A stretch of DNA of 64,000 bases, taken from NCBI RefSeq assembly GCF_046119375.1, contig NW_027362768.1:119350001-119414000 (forward strand), given 5' to 3'. The DNA is from Phyllobates terribilis (taxonomy: Eukaryota). Shown one piece after another: positions 1 through 12,179 of the stretch. Position numbers and translations under genes: made by a program. The notes below the pieces were generated by a model. It did no database searches and was not told where the DNA came from. It was given only the letters and a program-made list of their open reading frames with translations. Within the stretch, counting starts at the first letter, position 1; every line of letters begins with the position of its first letter.

Positions 1-424
1 TGTATCAGGAGTGCAGCAGGCAGAGTCTGTATCAGGAGTGCAGCAGGCAGAGTCTGTATCAGGAGTGCAGCAGGCAGAGTCTGTATCAGGAGTGCAGCAG
101 GCAGAGTCTGTAACAGGAGTGCAGCAGGCAGAGTCTGTATCAGGAGTGCAGCAGGCAGAGTCTGAATCTGGAGTGCAGCTGGCAGAGTCTGAATCAGGAG
201 TGCAGCAGGCAGAGCCTGAATCAGGAGTGCAGCAGGCAGAGCCTGAATCAGGAGTGCAGCAGGCAGAGCCTGAATCAGGAGTGCAGCAGGCAGAGTCTGA
301 ATCAGGAGTGCAGCAGGCAGAGTCTGAATCAGGAGTGCAGCAGGCAGAGTCTGTATCAGGAGTGCAGCACGGCAGAGTCTGTATCAGGAGTGAAGCACGG
401 CAGAGTCTGTATCAGGAGTGCAGC
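1..424. repeat. 27-bp minisatellite (TGTATCAGGAGTGCAGCAGGCAGAGTC)n, about 15-16 copies, runs off the window start
   Basis: Unit directly visible; variants TGTATC/TGAATC and GAGTC/GAGCC occur in blocks. Confidence 0.95.
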
Positions 425-469
425 AAGGACTGGTACGCAACCTTACACAACTTAGACTGCAGAACAGGA

Positions 470-1700
470 AGGTTCCACTACAGCCACATTCCCCACATTT
501 AAAAAAATTAGTGGCAGATGCCAGGAAAGTGGCAACAATTTCACTACTGTAGAAATAGTGTAAATAAGACCCACACCTCTTCCAGTACAGCCAACACAGG
601 AGATGGAGACCTAACCAGGGGTATTCACATTGCCCTAATTGAGGGCCTAACACCACCGAAGTGGCATCAATGTCATCAGACTACAAGTAGTTTAACGCAG
701 ACCCATACCTGTCCCACTACAGCCAACCCAGGAGATGCTGACTCAATCGGAAGTGTTTACATTTAAAAAAATAGGGCTTAAGACCACCATTTCAGTGGCC
801 AACATATTGGAGATGGTGGAGTTCAACCTCTTAGCTTTGTCATATGTAGGAAGAAACAATCTTTTATGTGACCACAACAGCGGGATTGAGGGCTGGCTGC
901 AGGGCTGAGAGAAGGCAGAGTACGGTGAAACGGACAAACCGATAGACCATGAGTGAGATGCAGGTGGAGATGTTACGGTGGATTGAGAAACGTGTGGTGT
1001 GCTCAGAGGAACAAACACAGCAGGCATGACCGCTTCACTTACAGCTGATGGGCTGTCACTCAACCTAACTGTAGCGGGTATACAGCTGGTTCTGTCGGAT
1101 ACCTGTGTGACACAACTTGGCACGGTAACAGAGGAGAGGAAGAAGCAGCAGATGTGTTTGATGGGGCGGCTGATGGTTGTTTATTGAAAATCAATTTAGA
1201 GTTTATCATGTTTGTGTACCCGTTTGGGGAGAATAATATCTGCACCAAATGCTCAATTTCAGTACAGTATAACTATAGAAATGCATGGAGACCAAAACCT
1301 CTTCCACTACAGTCAACCCAATGGATGGAGACCCATTCAGGATTCCCCACATTTCCAAAAATTAGCGGCAGACGCCAGCAAAGTGTAATCTATTTCACTC
1401 CAATAGAAATAGTGTAAATGAGACCCACATCTCTTCCAGTATAGACAACCCAAGAGATGGAGACAACCAGGAGTGTTCACATTGCCTTAAATAAGTGCCT
1501 AACAAACACCATCGAAGTGGCATTAATTTCACTAGAGTATAAGTATTGCAAAGGAGGCCAAAACCAGTTCCTCTACAGCCAACCCAATGGATGGAGACCC
1601 AACCATGATTCTCCACATTTCAAAAAATTAGTGGCAGACGCCAGCAATGTCTAATCAATTTCACTACAGTAGAAATAGTGTAAATGAGACCCAGTTAGAA
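470..1700. repeat. Degenerate dispersed/tandem repeat (3 related blocks near 470-760, 1290-1560, 1565-1700) surrounding a hAT fragment
   Basis: Recurrent motifs CCCCACATTT..AAAAATTAG(T/C)GGCAGA(T/C)GCCAG and AGAAATAGTGTAAAT(A/G)AGACCC. Confidence 0.65.
743..1190 (-). pseudogene. Short hAT transposase fragment
   Basis: Translation ..YDKAKRLNSTISNMLATEM matches HEKAKRLNFTICKLLATEM of the 13876-17556 transposase. Confidence 0.8.
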
Positions 1701-2254
1701 AATAGCAAAAGGCAATGGTACTCACCAGCCAAGGTTCCAAGAAAAATGCACACCAGGACATGGCCGGCCCCCTTTTGTTAGAAGGAGGTAACACAGGTGC
1801 AGAATGCTAATGAACAATCGCCCTCACCCACTCTCACTGGAGGGGCGGTTGCCTAGCACTAAAACTGCACACAGATGAAACTTGAAGTAGGGTGCAATTC
1901 ACACACTCGCGGCACCGTGCCTAGCCAGCATCCTATTACACGCCCCTACTATTCGACTAGGCAGGGTGTCTGGCACCCTATCCGTGCATCGCAGAGTTGC
2001 GAAGCCCCAACTCACAAGGTCACCATTACTGGGCCTGGCTGTGTCCTGGCAGATAAAAAAGTGCAAAAAATATCATATGAGGTATTAGTTAATATTTTGG
2101 CCAAAATACGTAAGCTCGCAAGACATCGTCAAGGGTCCTCACGGTTTTGCGAGTCCCTACTCTAACATTAAAAACAAACAGCATAGCCAGAACAATAAAC
2201 AGAATTTTTAAAAAATTCCAAAATCAATTAGAAAATAGCAAAAGGCAATGGTAC

Positions 2255-4861
2255 TCACTCCGCATCCTCCTCTTCTTCTGCGGCCACCACCTCCTGCCAC
2301 AGGTAATTCAAAGTTTGCTCCAGCATGTATATGACCGGAATAGTGATGCTGATGACAGCATCATCAGCGCTAACCAGTTTAGCAGCCATTTCAAAACTGT
2401 GCAGAAGGGTGCTGAGGTCCTTAATCAGTTCCCACTCCGCAAACATGATATGCCCCAAGTCCGTACTGCATTGCCCCAAGCTATACGTCATGACATACTG
2501 CGTCAGAGTTCGTTGCTGCTGGCACAGTCGCTGTAACATGTGCAGAGTGGAATTCCACCGCGGCGGCACATCACAGATCAACCTGTTAACTGGCACGGAC
2601 AAAGATCTCTGTATCGATGCAAGTCGATGACATGAGGGGTGCGAATGGCGGAAGTGACTTCCGTACTTTGTGAAGCAGCTCATCCAGGCCAGGATAGTGG
2701 CGGAGAAATCACTGTACCACCAGGTTGAAGACGTGAGCAATGCAAGGCACGTGTGCAATGTTGCCTCGGCCTAGGGCCGCTAACAGGTTTGCACCGTTAT
2801 CGCACACTGCCTTCCCTGGCTCTAGGTTCAGCGGAGACAGCCATTGCGAAAACTGAGCCTGGAGAGATGCCCACAACTCTTCACCTGTATGACTGCAATC
2901 TCCAAGGCATATTAATTTGAAGACTGCCTGATTACGGTGAGCCCTGACTGCACAGTACGGACGTGGTGTGTATTCCCTCCACACCCTTGGAATGCGTGTC
3001 TCGTTAAGGCAGAGGTTGAGTTTATCAGGTGGAGCATTCAGAAGCAGCAGAGGCAGTGGAAAATACCGAGGTTTCTTCTGCAAGCCTTGGAGATTACAAG
3101 ATTTGTGGAGCAGCTCCTTCCCTGCCTGCCCCCACAGCCACCAGAGTCACCCAGTGCCCAGACTGCGAGATGTAATGCCCTTGGTCACGCTTACTCATCC
3201 AGGTGTCTGTGGTGAAATGCACCCTGGCACACGTAGATTTAGACAAGGAATGGTTGATGTTGTCTAAGACATGCTGGTGTAGCGCAGGCACAGCTTTCTT
3301 AGAGAAGTAATGGCAACTGGGGGACTGCGACGGCCATCAGTTTTCGGAAACCATCTGTATCTGCCAGGCGGAAAGGCAGCATTTCCGTGGCCAACAGTTT
3401 GGAGATGGTGGAGTCCAGCCTCTTAGCTTTGTCATGCGTAGGATGAAACAATCTTTTACATGACCACAACTGCGGGACCGAGGGCTGGCTAAGGTGCTGA
3501 GAGAGGACAGAGTATGGTGAACCGGAAAAACTGGTGGCGCGTGAGTGAGGTGCAGATGTTACCGTGGATTGGGAAACATGCGGTGTGCTCGGTGAAACAA
3601 ACAGCAGGCGTGTCCACTTCCATTACAGCTGACGGGCTGTCACTCAGCCTGACTGGAGCGGGTAAAGAACCGGAGTTTCTGAGATGACCTGCATGATAAT
3701 ACTTGGCAGAGGAGGAGGAAGAAGCAGCGGATGTGTTTAATGGGGCAGCTGACGGTAATTGAGGTGCGCTGGTCCGCATTTCAACGCGGTAAGATTCCCA
3801 GCATAAAGAATGTTGTTTGAGCATGTGAACGTTCATGCATGTAGTAGTCAAATTAGTGCCGTTTTTCCCTCTACTAAGTTTTTTATTGCAAAGTTTGCAG
3901 ATAACGTGAGTTGGCTCATCCTTTGCAGTGACAAAAAAGGCCCATGCTAGGCAACCCTTGCTGCCCCTGCGAGTTGCAGACCTGTGACCGCTGCTGGCCA
4001 TAGCCACGGTTGTGGCTAAGGATGCAGTGCTCATCGTGCTTGCATCACTCCGTGTCTGCGCCGTAGGGTGAAATGTAACCTCCATGTCTTCCTCCTCCAC
4101 CTCCTCAGATGAGCTACTCGGTTGCGTGACTCTGGGTTCACACCAAGTAGGATCTTCAACCTCGTCATCATCCAATGTGTTATCCCACTCCTCGCCCTCA
4201 GAGTGACCCCTCTCCTCTTTTTGCTCTGACAGCACAGTACAGTCTGCATGAGCCTCAGGTATCTGAGTCTCATCGGGATCACCTCCCCTGCGGTTAACGT
4301 CTGGTGATGAGGGTCAGGAACCTGCTCGGACCCTACTTTATCCTGCCCCGAATCCAAGCTAAAAAAATGTTGGTCATCGGTGCAGATGCTTTCCTCCCCT
4401 TGACTCTGTGACTGTTTGGAGTACACTTCTGATGCCCATGGTGTAGAATGGGTGAAGAGTTCTACAGACTCGCCCATCTGTAGTTCGCTACTGTCACTTG
4501 GGCAGTTGGCCGGTTGTGACGCAGGGGAAAGCATGGGTAATTGGGGTGCCACCTTTGTGGACTGTACTGCATGTGATGTTGAGGTGGAGGAAGAAGAGGA
4601 GAGGCCACTGGAAGCAGAGCTTGCCATCCACTGTAGCACCTGCTCTTTCTTGGCCTTACCAACAAGGCGTATCACTGTGCAGCTGCCAAAGGAAGGGAGT
4701 GCAGTAGGCCAACCACAAACATAAGTTGTCAGTTATTTTTGAATAGGATCTGTTTGTGTTGGTTCACTAGTGCTTTTACTAACATTACCACATACCCCAC
4801 GTACACCTTGAACACCAAGCCTATTCCCCCTTCCACCACTCCCTCTCTTTTTCCCATTCAT
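2255..4861 (-). pseudogene. Frameshifted hAT transposase (BED zinc finger plus N-terminal part of DDE domain), 3' end missing
   Basis: Fragments: AWAFF..CKLC..KLSRG..TTTCMNVH (BED), HFTTDTW, VCDNGAN, CIAH, CDVPPRWNST; collinear with 13876-17556; inferred start MNGKK at about 4861. Confidence 0.9.
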
Positions 4862-5155
4862 GTTGGTCAGAAACAGTGGTAGGAGCACGCAATTAACTAA
4901 AGAAAAATATGTTTTTTCCTGTGCAATAGCTCAGCACACACCTGAATTTCAGCAACACTAAATGACAAGGTAAGATATGGCCTGCCATATAATGTTACTA
5001 ACAGACAAAAGAAATTTGTCAGTGTGCATGAGGCCGATAAATCCTACGAGGTATTCTCCAAACAATTTCAAACTGAGATGTCCCCTGCTGTATTACTTTA
5101 GGAACAGAAGAAATTATTTTTTTCGAATGTGGATGAGGCCAGTATGACCTTTTAG

Positions 5156-5650
5156 CAGACTGGATCAACTTTGCCACAGTAAAAAACCTTTGGTGGACTC
5201 TGCCTGCCAACCAAAAATATACATACGTTTGATTGTGCGTACAAGCTGAATTTGATCGCCACTGACATATTAGCTGGCTTATAGCACTGTATGACTTCTG
5301 GCACAGGAAAAAATACTTTTTGGACTGGGTCTAGTAAGAGAAGTTTTTTTTTTTTTTACTGTGAAACCAGGACAAGTTCGACGCCACTAAAATAGAATCT
5401 GCCTTTTAGCAGACTGGATCAACTTTGTCACAGTAAAAAACCTTTGGTGGACTCTGCCTGCCAACCAAAAATATATATAGGTTTAACTGTGCGTACAAGT
5501 TGAATTTGACCACCACTGACGTAGTAGCTGGCTTATAGCACTGTATGCCTTTTGGCACAGGAAAAAATATTTTTTGGACTGGGCATAGCAAGAGAAAAAA
5601 TATACTTTTTTACTCTGAAACCACCTGAAGTTCAACTCCACTAAAATAGT
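5156..5650. repeat. Two direct copies of a ~253-bp unit in the 5' region of hAT copy A
   Basis: GCAGACTGGATCAACTTTG.CACAGTAAAAAACCTTTGGTGGACTCTGCCTGCCAACC at 5156 and 5409. Confidence 0.85.
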
Positions 5651-6554
5651 ATCTGACACTAAAAAAACTTTAGTGCACACAGCTTTCAATATCACAATAG
5701 CAACTGGAGAAAAAAAACAGATTTTGTGCTCTGCAATAAGAAGCTCTGCAGACAGTGCTGAGCACAATTTCAATCCCACTAAATGAAAAGGTGCACTGTG
5801 CTTGCTTGATCACATTAGCGAGTGCAAAAAAAGATTCAAGGTATACAGAGACATGGAGCTCTATACCAGCGGTGCACAGCACTATTGTATGGCATGGGCT
5901 CTCTGTTTCTGTCAGAGTCCCAGTACTTGCACAAGAACACCAAAAATGTGCTGCACCAGCGGTTGCAGAGGTACACAGGCCAGGAATTATCTACACTTTC
6001 TGACTACCACACAAGCGCCCATCTATCTAGCTAATATCTCTCATTACACAGGGGAACAGTGAGCTGCGTCTGTCTCCAGCAGTGACATGGATATAATGGC
6101 ACTGAGGGAATATGGCCGCTTTTTCTATTGAGAGGACATGTGATTTCTGCAGCCAATTGCAGAATCCCGTATGTCTGGACAGTATAGATGCTTCCTGCGC
6201 TATGATTGACTGGCCGCGCTTTCCTCAGTAAAAGTTACCGCCCACAGGAAAAAAAACAAACAGTGCGCCGCTGATCTGACCTGTTCTAAGCTCTCCACAG
6301 CTCCCACACTCACCTGGCACATGTCACCGCTCACTATGCACTATGCTAACAAAACTGTTCAAAATGCCGTGGTTGCCCTGTATTCACATTTCCGTGCAAA
6401 TCCGTCGAACTTTTCTGATTTTAAGAAAATTTGCTCGCCTTTGCAATCACGAATCCGAATGTGCCATATTCGTGACGAATTTGAAACTTTCAAACATTCG
6501 CCGAACAAATTCGCTCAACACTGTTAGTGATCTGTTTACATCTAGGTCTGCAAT

Positions 6555-6715
6555 GATGACAAAGGTGCATCCTTTATATCTAAGGAAAAGAGGATTCATC
6601 ATAATTGGTGATTCTTTACTGCAAGAGCAATGAGACTATGGAACTCTCTGCCACATGGTGCTGTGAAGGTCGACTCGATAACGAAATTCAAGGAAGGCTT
6701 AGATCTCTTTCTTCA
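6555..6715 (+). mobile_element. CR1-type LINE 3' fragment
   Basis: Degenerate translation resembling CR1 ORF2 C-terminus (..FFT.RA.RLWNSLP..V.....FK.GLD.FL). Confidence 0.7.
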
Positions 6716-7290
6716 TATAGTGGGTACTAGAATTTTGTCATCTATGAAACTATGAAAAACACAAGAATGGAGTTCTGTCTGCGCTATCTTGTATGGGCAA
6801 CTTTAGACATGAGTGAGCTCCCACTTTCTGGTAAGTTTTTTCACGAGGTTTGGGAGACTGTCTTTGGGAATTTGGTTAATTTAGCCAAAAGAGCACATGT
6901 GAGATTAGGCACTAATATCAGATGACAAGATCTGGTTCACAATTAGCATTCAAATTTACTCCAACTATATTTAATGGGGCTGAAGTCAGGGCTCTGGGTA
7001 ACGACCTCCACATAAAACTTTTAAAATCATATTTTTATTAATTTGTGCACAACTTTGCTGGGAAAAAGAATGGCCTTTTCATCCAAAATTAGTAATATAC
7101 ATTGGTTAAAATGACTTTGTTGTAGCGTTAATAATACCCATTACTGGGAACAAGGAGCTTGGCTTGAATCGCCAAATGCACCATAGCATTATCCCTCCTC
7201 TACCAAATCTTACAATAGGCATAGGCACTATGCATTTTCATAGGTACTGTTCTCTGGGCACCAGCCTAACCCAGATTTATTTGTCAGACT

Positions 7291-7695
7291 TAAGGCTTAT
7301 GCAGACAACTGTATTTTTGTACGATCTGTACGATCTAACAAAACATCGGATCACACTCGGACCAATGTAATTCTATTTGGCCGTGTACTTGTCCAATGTC
7401 CGAGACTGTCCGAGGAAAAAAATTGCAGCATGCACAATTTGCATCCATCACATGCAAGTCAGTGAGTCCATGAAAAATATCCGGCTGCACTTGGGTAACT
7501 TGCGAGTGCAGTGCGATTTTCATGGACTGACAGAATGGAGAAATTTATTTTCCCGTCTTCTCCACAGTTGAGAAAATCAGATCACAATATGGTCACACCC
7601 TGATCAAACTCTGATTAAAGTTTGATCAGAGTGCGATCAGCATTGTCCCAATTCTCTCAGATGAGAGAAAATACAGTTGAGTGACCAGAGCCTAA
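7291..7695. mobile_element. Non-autonomous inverted-repeat element (T2/Kolobok-like MITE)
   Basis: Ends TAAGGC..AACTGTATTTT / AAAATACAGTT..GCCTAA; internal GATCACACT/GATCAGAGTG motifs shared with 38707-40068. Confidence 0.6.
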
Positions 7696-8804
7696 GAAGG
7701 GGCACATGCTTCATCACTTCAGAAATCAAGATTCTCCTGCTTTGGAGTTAAGTATTGCCTGCATGCTTCACACCACTCCCGAGGATGCTTGGCATTGCAC
7801 ATACTCATATCAGCCTTGTGTGCAGATATGTCCGTATGGAAATCCTTTTCATGAAGCTCCCAAAGCACAGATCTGGTGCTAAAAAAAATGGCAAAAGCCC
7901 TGTCTGTTTGATTACCGCTGCCATCTTTCTTTTCCCATTAAGGAATATTAAGAGTTTAGTCTTGTCTGACATCAGATCTATGGGATATTTAAAGGGGACA
8001 TGGACCTTTAACATGCTGCTTGGTCCCTATCATCTGTAAATTGGTTTCTGCTTTTTCTGTTGGTCATTCTCAGTTGAATTCTTGCCAGTTTAACAACTCT
8101 TCTGCCCCACTGACTTGTGTTGGTGTCTACTTCCACTAATGCTACTTTCCTGTTTGAAAAATTATTACATATTAATCTGATCCTAGTTTTCAAGACATAT
8201 TTTTAATATTTTTCTATGTTTCTCTTCAAGGTATATATTGGATACTATTCAGGGGGGCAACCCTTTTCTCATCCTAGATATCAATGAGGGCTATATTCTC
8301 ATTGAATATAATGGCTCCTTCAAACTAGTCAACTATGCCAACCCAACGATGGCACTCAGCCATTCTGCCTCTCTTCACACTATGTTCTAGGTCTGTTTAT
8401 ATGTATCAACTCACAAGTTTTAGCTTCTGTCCTGTTATACTAAATTAGTGCTATGGTCCTTTAAATATAATAAGAGATAAATCAAATAATGGCAGCATAT
8501 TCTAGTCCTACACCATCACTTACAGAATATTCGTTGGAAAACTCCTTTAAATTATGCTATTATGCTCGGTGTGAAACATACGCATGAATCGTTAAAGTAA
8601 AACATTAAAATTCTTTAAAGGAATTTTCCAAATTTGGAAGATAGACATTTATAGAACCAACATATACTTGTTAGCAGCTGTTTTCCAGGGTTGGTACAGT
8701 GACTTGCGAAAGTATTCAACCCCTTGGTTATTTACCTATTTTGTTACATTACGACTTGCGTTTAAATATTTTTGTAATCTGATTTGTGTGTGATGCATCA
8801 GCAC

Positions 8805-9115
8805 TAGTGTTGAGCGAGTATGTTCTATTAACCCTTTCGCCGAGTATGCTCAGACCGAGCTCCGAGTATTTATAGCTGCTCGGTGATATGGTTGACTGGC
8901 TCCCGTGTGCATGATTTGCAACTGTTTGACAGTTTTATTACATGTGAGGAATGTGTAAGAAATAGACATTCCTCACATCTAATAAAACTGTCAAACAGTT
9001 TCAAATCATGCACACGGGAGCGATTCAACCATATCACCGAGCAGCTATAAATACTCGGAGCTCGGCCCGAGCATACTCGGCGAAAGGGTTAATAGAACAT
9101 ACTTGCTCAACACTA
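8805..9115. mobile_element. hAT-family hairpin MITE (311 bp, ~150-bp arms)
   Basis: TAGTGTTGAGCGAGTATG...CATACTTGCTCAACACTA; near-perfect palindrome; 8-bp TSD ATCAGCAC at 8797-8804 and 9116-9123. Confidence 0.92.
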
Positions 9116-9907
9116 ATCAGCACTAGTGTTGAGCGAGCACTAAAATGCTCGGGTGCTCGAAGCTCGGGCCGAGCTCACCGTGATACTTGGGTGCTCGACT
9201 CGAGCAACGAGCCCAATGTTAGTCTATGGGAGACCCGAGCATTTTTACGGCGGCAGCCCCGGCAGTATGTAGAAAGCCTAAAAAGTTCCCAAAGCGATAG
9301 TGACAGTGCTCAAATGACATGGGGACAGCATGGGGATCGCCCCAGGAAGCATTTCTGACCCCCAGGTCACTGCTGTCAACAACGTCCTCAGAGGTATTAA
9401 GTAGTGTTGAGCCACCCCCGTAGTGTTCGAGTTCGGTTCGGTTCGTCGAACACCCGTGTGTTCGCCGAACTGTTCGTCGAACTGTTCGTCGAACACCTTC
9501 GAACACCGTTAAAACCAATGGCAGGCAAACAAAAACACATAGAAACACATAGAAAACACCTTCAAAGGTGTCCAAAAGCTGACAAACTGCTCAGAAGACA
9601 TAACTAACACATGGAAAAGTGACAAGTACATATAGTCATGCGAAAATAAAAGAGGTGGAGGAGTAAAAGGAGGGGGAGACACAGATATAGGCATGTCATG
9701 CCCTTCTAAAATCCAAAAAGTGAGAAGCCGACACGGCCAGTCCGCTCCTGCCCGTGCCACCTCCGTGTCGCCGGGTTTGTGCCAGAGCCGCGGTGAACCC
9801 TGACGGCCAGCCCCCCTCTCCCAATACTGGTGCCTGTCCGCTGGTGGGTCGAGCGAGCCCCCCTGTGGTGGAGGCAGCTCTAAGCTTTTTAATTTAAATT
9901 GTCTCTC

Positions 9908-10180
9908 TAATTTGAATGAATACACTTTAAATCCATTTACAAGGATCTATTGGAGGGCAAGTCTCATGCCAGCAGCCGCGGTAATTCCAGCTCCAGTAGC
10001 GTCCACTAAAGCTGCTGCAGTTAAAAAGCTTTTATAAGGATCGAGCTCGGCTGTCCACCGCAAGGCATCCTACTGCCAGTCCCAGCCCCTATGCCTTGGG
10101 GTGCCTCCTGATGCTCTTCACTAAGTATCCCATGGTCCCGAAGCATTTCCTTTGAAAAAATTAAGTGTCTAAACTACAGG
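9908..10180 (+). pseudogene. Diverged 18S rRNA fragment (~270 bp, conserved 530-loop region into V4)
   Basis: GGAGGGCAAGTCT..TGCCAGCAGCCGCGGTAATTCCAGCTCCA.TAGCG...GCTGCAGTTAAAAAGCT and TTT.CTTTGAAAAAATTA match eukaryotic SSU rRNA; many substitutions. Confidence 0.9.
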
Positions 10181-10287
10181 TGGTGCAGCTTGCTCAACAG
10201 CCGGGATAATCCGCTTACTAGCAGACACTGCTACTAGGCACAAAGTATTTCCTGGGCTAGATGCAGTTAAAAATTTGTAATTAGATA

Positions 10288-12105
10288 CTCTCGTTGGATG
10301 CTGAGAAAGCATTCCATAGAGTCTCCTGGCACGCCATATATGATTCTCTTAAAAAGCTTGGGGTAGGGGTCTAGGGGACCCTTTTATAGCCAAAATCACG
10401 GCCCTGTATCGCAATACGTCACCTAGGCTGAAGATAAATGGAACTGTAGCACCCTGAGGGCTCGGTTGCTAAAGACGTATTGCACCTCACCCAGAGGTGT
10501 GATATCTCACTCTCAGGTAAGGATGGAGTGTGGATCAGGACCCGACACCTGCATGCATTACACCACATTGCCGTGGGGCAGGGCGACCAATATGCCCCTG
10601 AGATGGGCACGACAGTCCCTGTCCCTGGCTGGAGTGGGGGGAGGGAACACTGAGGAAGGGGAACCCTGTAGTGCAGGAGCAGGGAGGAAGCAGTTCCTGG
10701 GTGCATTGAGAAGGGAGTATAAAAGGTGGGCACCATCTTAGTTCAGTGCAGAGAAGTCTGAGCAGAAGTGGCAGGGAGCAGGGGCTCTGCATGAGCTCTG
10801 CTCCGGAGGCGGGCCTAGTAACAGAGGCCCAGGCCTGGAAGAGGGAGAAGGAAGGAAGAGGAGCGGAGAAGGCTCCAGGAACGAGGAATGAAGGGATCCC
10901 AGGGGTGCGGACGGGCGAGTCGCCACCGCACGCCCGAATCCACCTGCGTGGAGGGGTCAGGCCAAAGGGGGAGACCGGTCCCCGAACTAGTGGAGGCAGG
11001 AAACGACCCTCAGCTAGAAACCGGAGGCTCTGACATTTTATGTGGCGCAGCCCCTCGCTACACCCGCTAGGAAGGCACCACATAGGGTCAGGGAAACTGG
11101 CGCCAAGTTTACCAAGAGGAGGCCCGAGGCAGCCGGACAGAAGTGTTGGTAAGAAAGGCCAGACAAAGGACACACAAAGGGGGTCCTGTGAAGTGCTCCA
11201 AAGTTATCTGGAAGTTGTCTGAGCCCCTCACCTGGTGAGCACAGTACGACGTGGGCAGCCGTTACCTGCAGACGTGGTCTGGATAATAAGAACTGTGAGT
11301 AAAGGCCCTGAACTGCATCACTGACTCCGTGTCGTTACTGCTGCTGCCCTGCACCATCACCCCCATCCTCCGCATACACTGCCCTGAGGCTATACTCCTC
11401 CCGTGGGGAGTTATGCTACGCTCTGCTGCACCCACAACACCAGCCTCAGTGGTCTGCCCTGTAGCGGCGGTTCACTCTGACCGCAATCCACGGGTGGCGT
11501 AGTCGGACATTTAAACATGAAAACCACATAAATAGTTCCGCCACTGGTTTGACCGCCCTGAGCCACGGAACTGGGTCGCCGCCACGAAGACTACAACCAC
11601 CAGCATCCACCAAAAAGGGTCCGGCTCCGGGTGTCCCAAGGCCCAGGGGGTGCGTCAGAACATTTTCATCACCTTTCACAATCACCAATGGGACAAGGCA
11701 GTGATGTCCTCTGTCCCCTCTCTTATACATCCTAGTGACGGAGCACCTGCTCTCATCAATTCGCCATAACCCCAATATTAGGTGGATTGAGGTGGGAGGC
11801 ACCGAGTACAAGTGCTCTCTATTTGCTGATGATGTCCTAGTATATATCACTCAATCACATATATCCATCCATGCTGTTATGGCTGAAATAGATCACTTTG
11901 TTACATGGTAAAATTTTAAAATCAATGCAGCGAAGTCTGAGGCCCTCGATGTCTCCCTCCCCAAATCCATATAGGATTCCATCCAGTCCAACTTTCCCTT
12001 TGCCTGGCCCTCACAGGGTATCAAATACTTAGGAATTCCTATTCATAGAGACCTCTCCCATCTATGTTATCTTAATTTTGGGCCCTTTATTGAACAACTC
12101 CATAC
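10288..12105 (+). mobile_element. LINE-1-type ORF2 reverse transcriptase fragment, split by a solo LTR
   Basis: Joined translation LDAEKAF..VSW..ALY..RLKINGT|FSSPF.ITNGTRQ..PLS..SLFADDVL..KINAAKSE; disabled by frameshifts. Confidence 0.85.
10445..11657. mobile_element. Solo LTR (1213 bp), probably Gypsy-class
   Basis: TGTAGCACCC...GGGTGCGTCA termini (TG..CA, short imperfect inverted repeat); 4-bp TSD GAAC at 10441-10444 and 11658-11661; removal restores L1 RT continuity. Confidence 0.85.
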
Positions 12106-12179
12106 AGACCACGGTTGGCAAGTTAGAACTGTAAGATTCACTACGTGAACCACTGGTGTTTTGTGGAAAAGCACATGTA

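Larger units (their letters stand above)
2255..6523 (-). mobile_element. Partial hAT DNA transposon (copy A) with 5' terminus retained
   Basis: Transposase pseudogene plus terminal TTCGCTCAACACTG (reverse complement CAGTGTTGAGCGAA) and CGAA/TTCG-rich subterminal region at about 6380-6523. Confidence 0.75.

Noticed and set aside
11-502. 163-aa QQAESVSGV repeat protein
   Set aside because: A 27-bp unit is 9 codons, so the open frame follows automatically from the minisatellite; no other gene evidence
7740-8400. Short open frames with splice-like signals in the unique-looking regions (also 30660-30780, 31700-31800, 32200-32280, 40180-40230)
   Set aside because: No recognisable protein, inconsistent strands, stops in most frames; a host gene cannot be supported without RNA-seq or homology search
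9908-10180. Functional rRNA gene
   Set aside because: Only ~270 bp, many substitutions in conserved positions, no flanking 18S sequence
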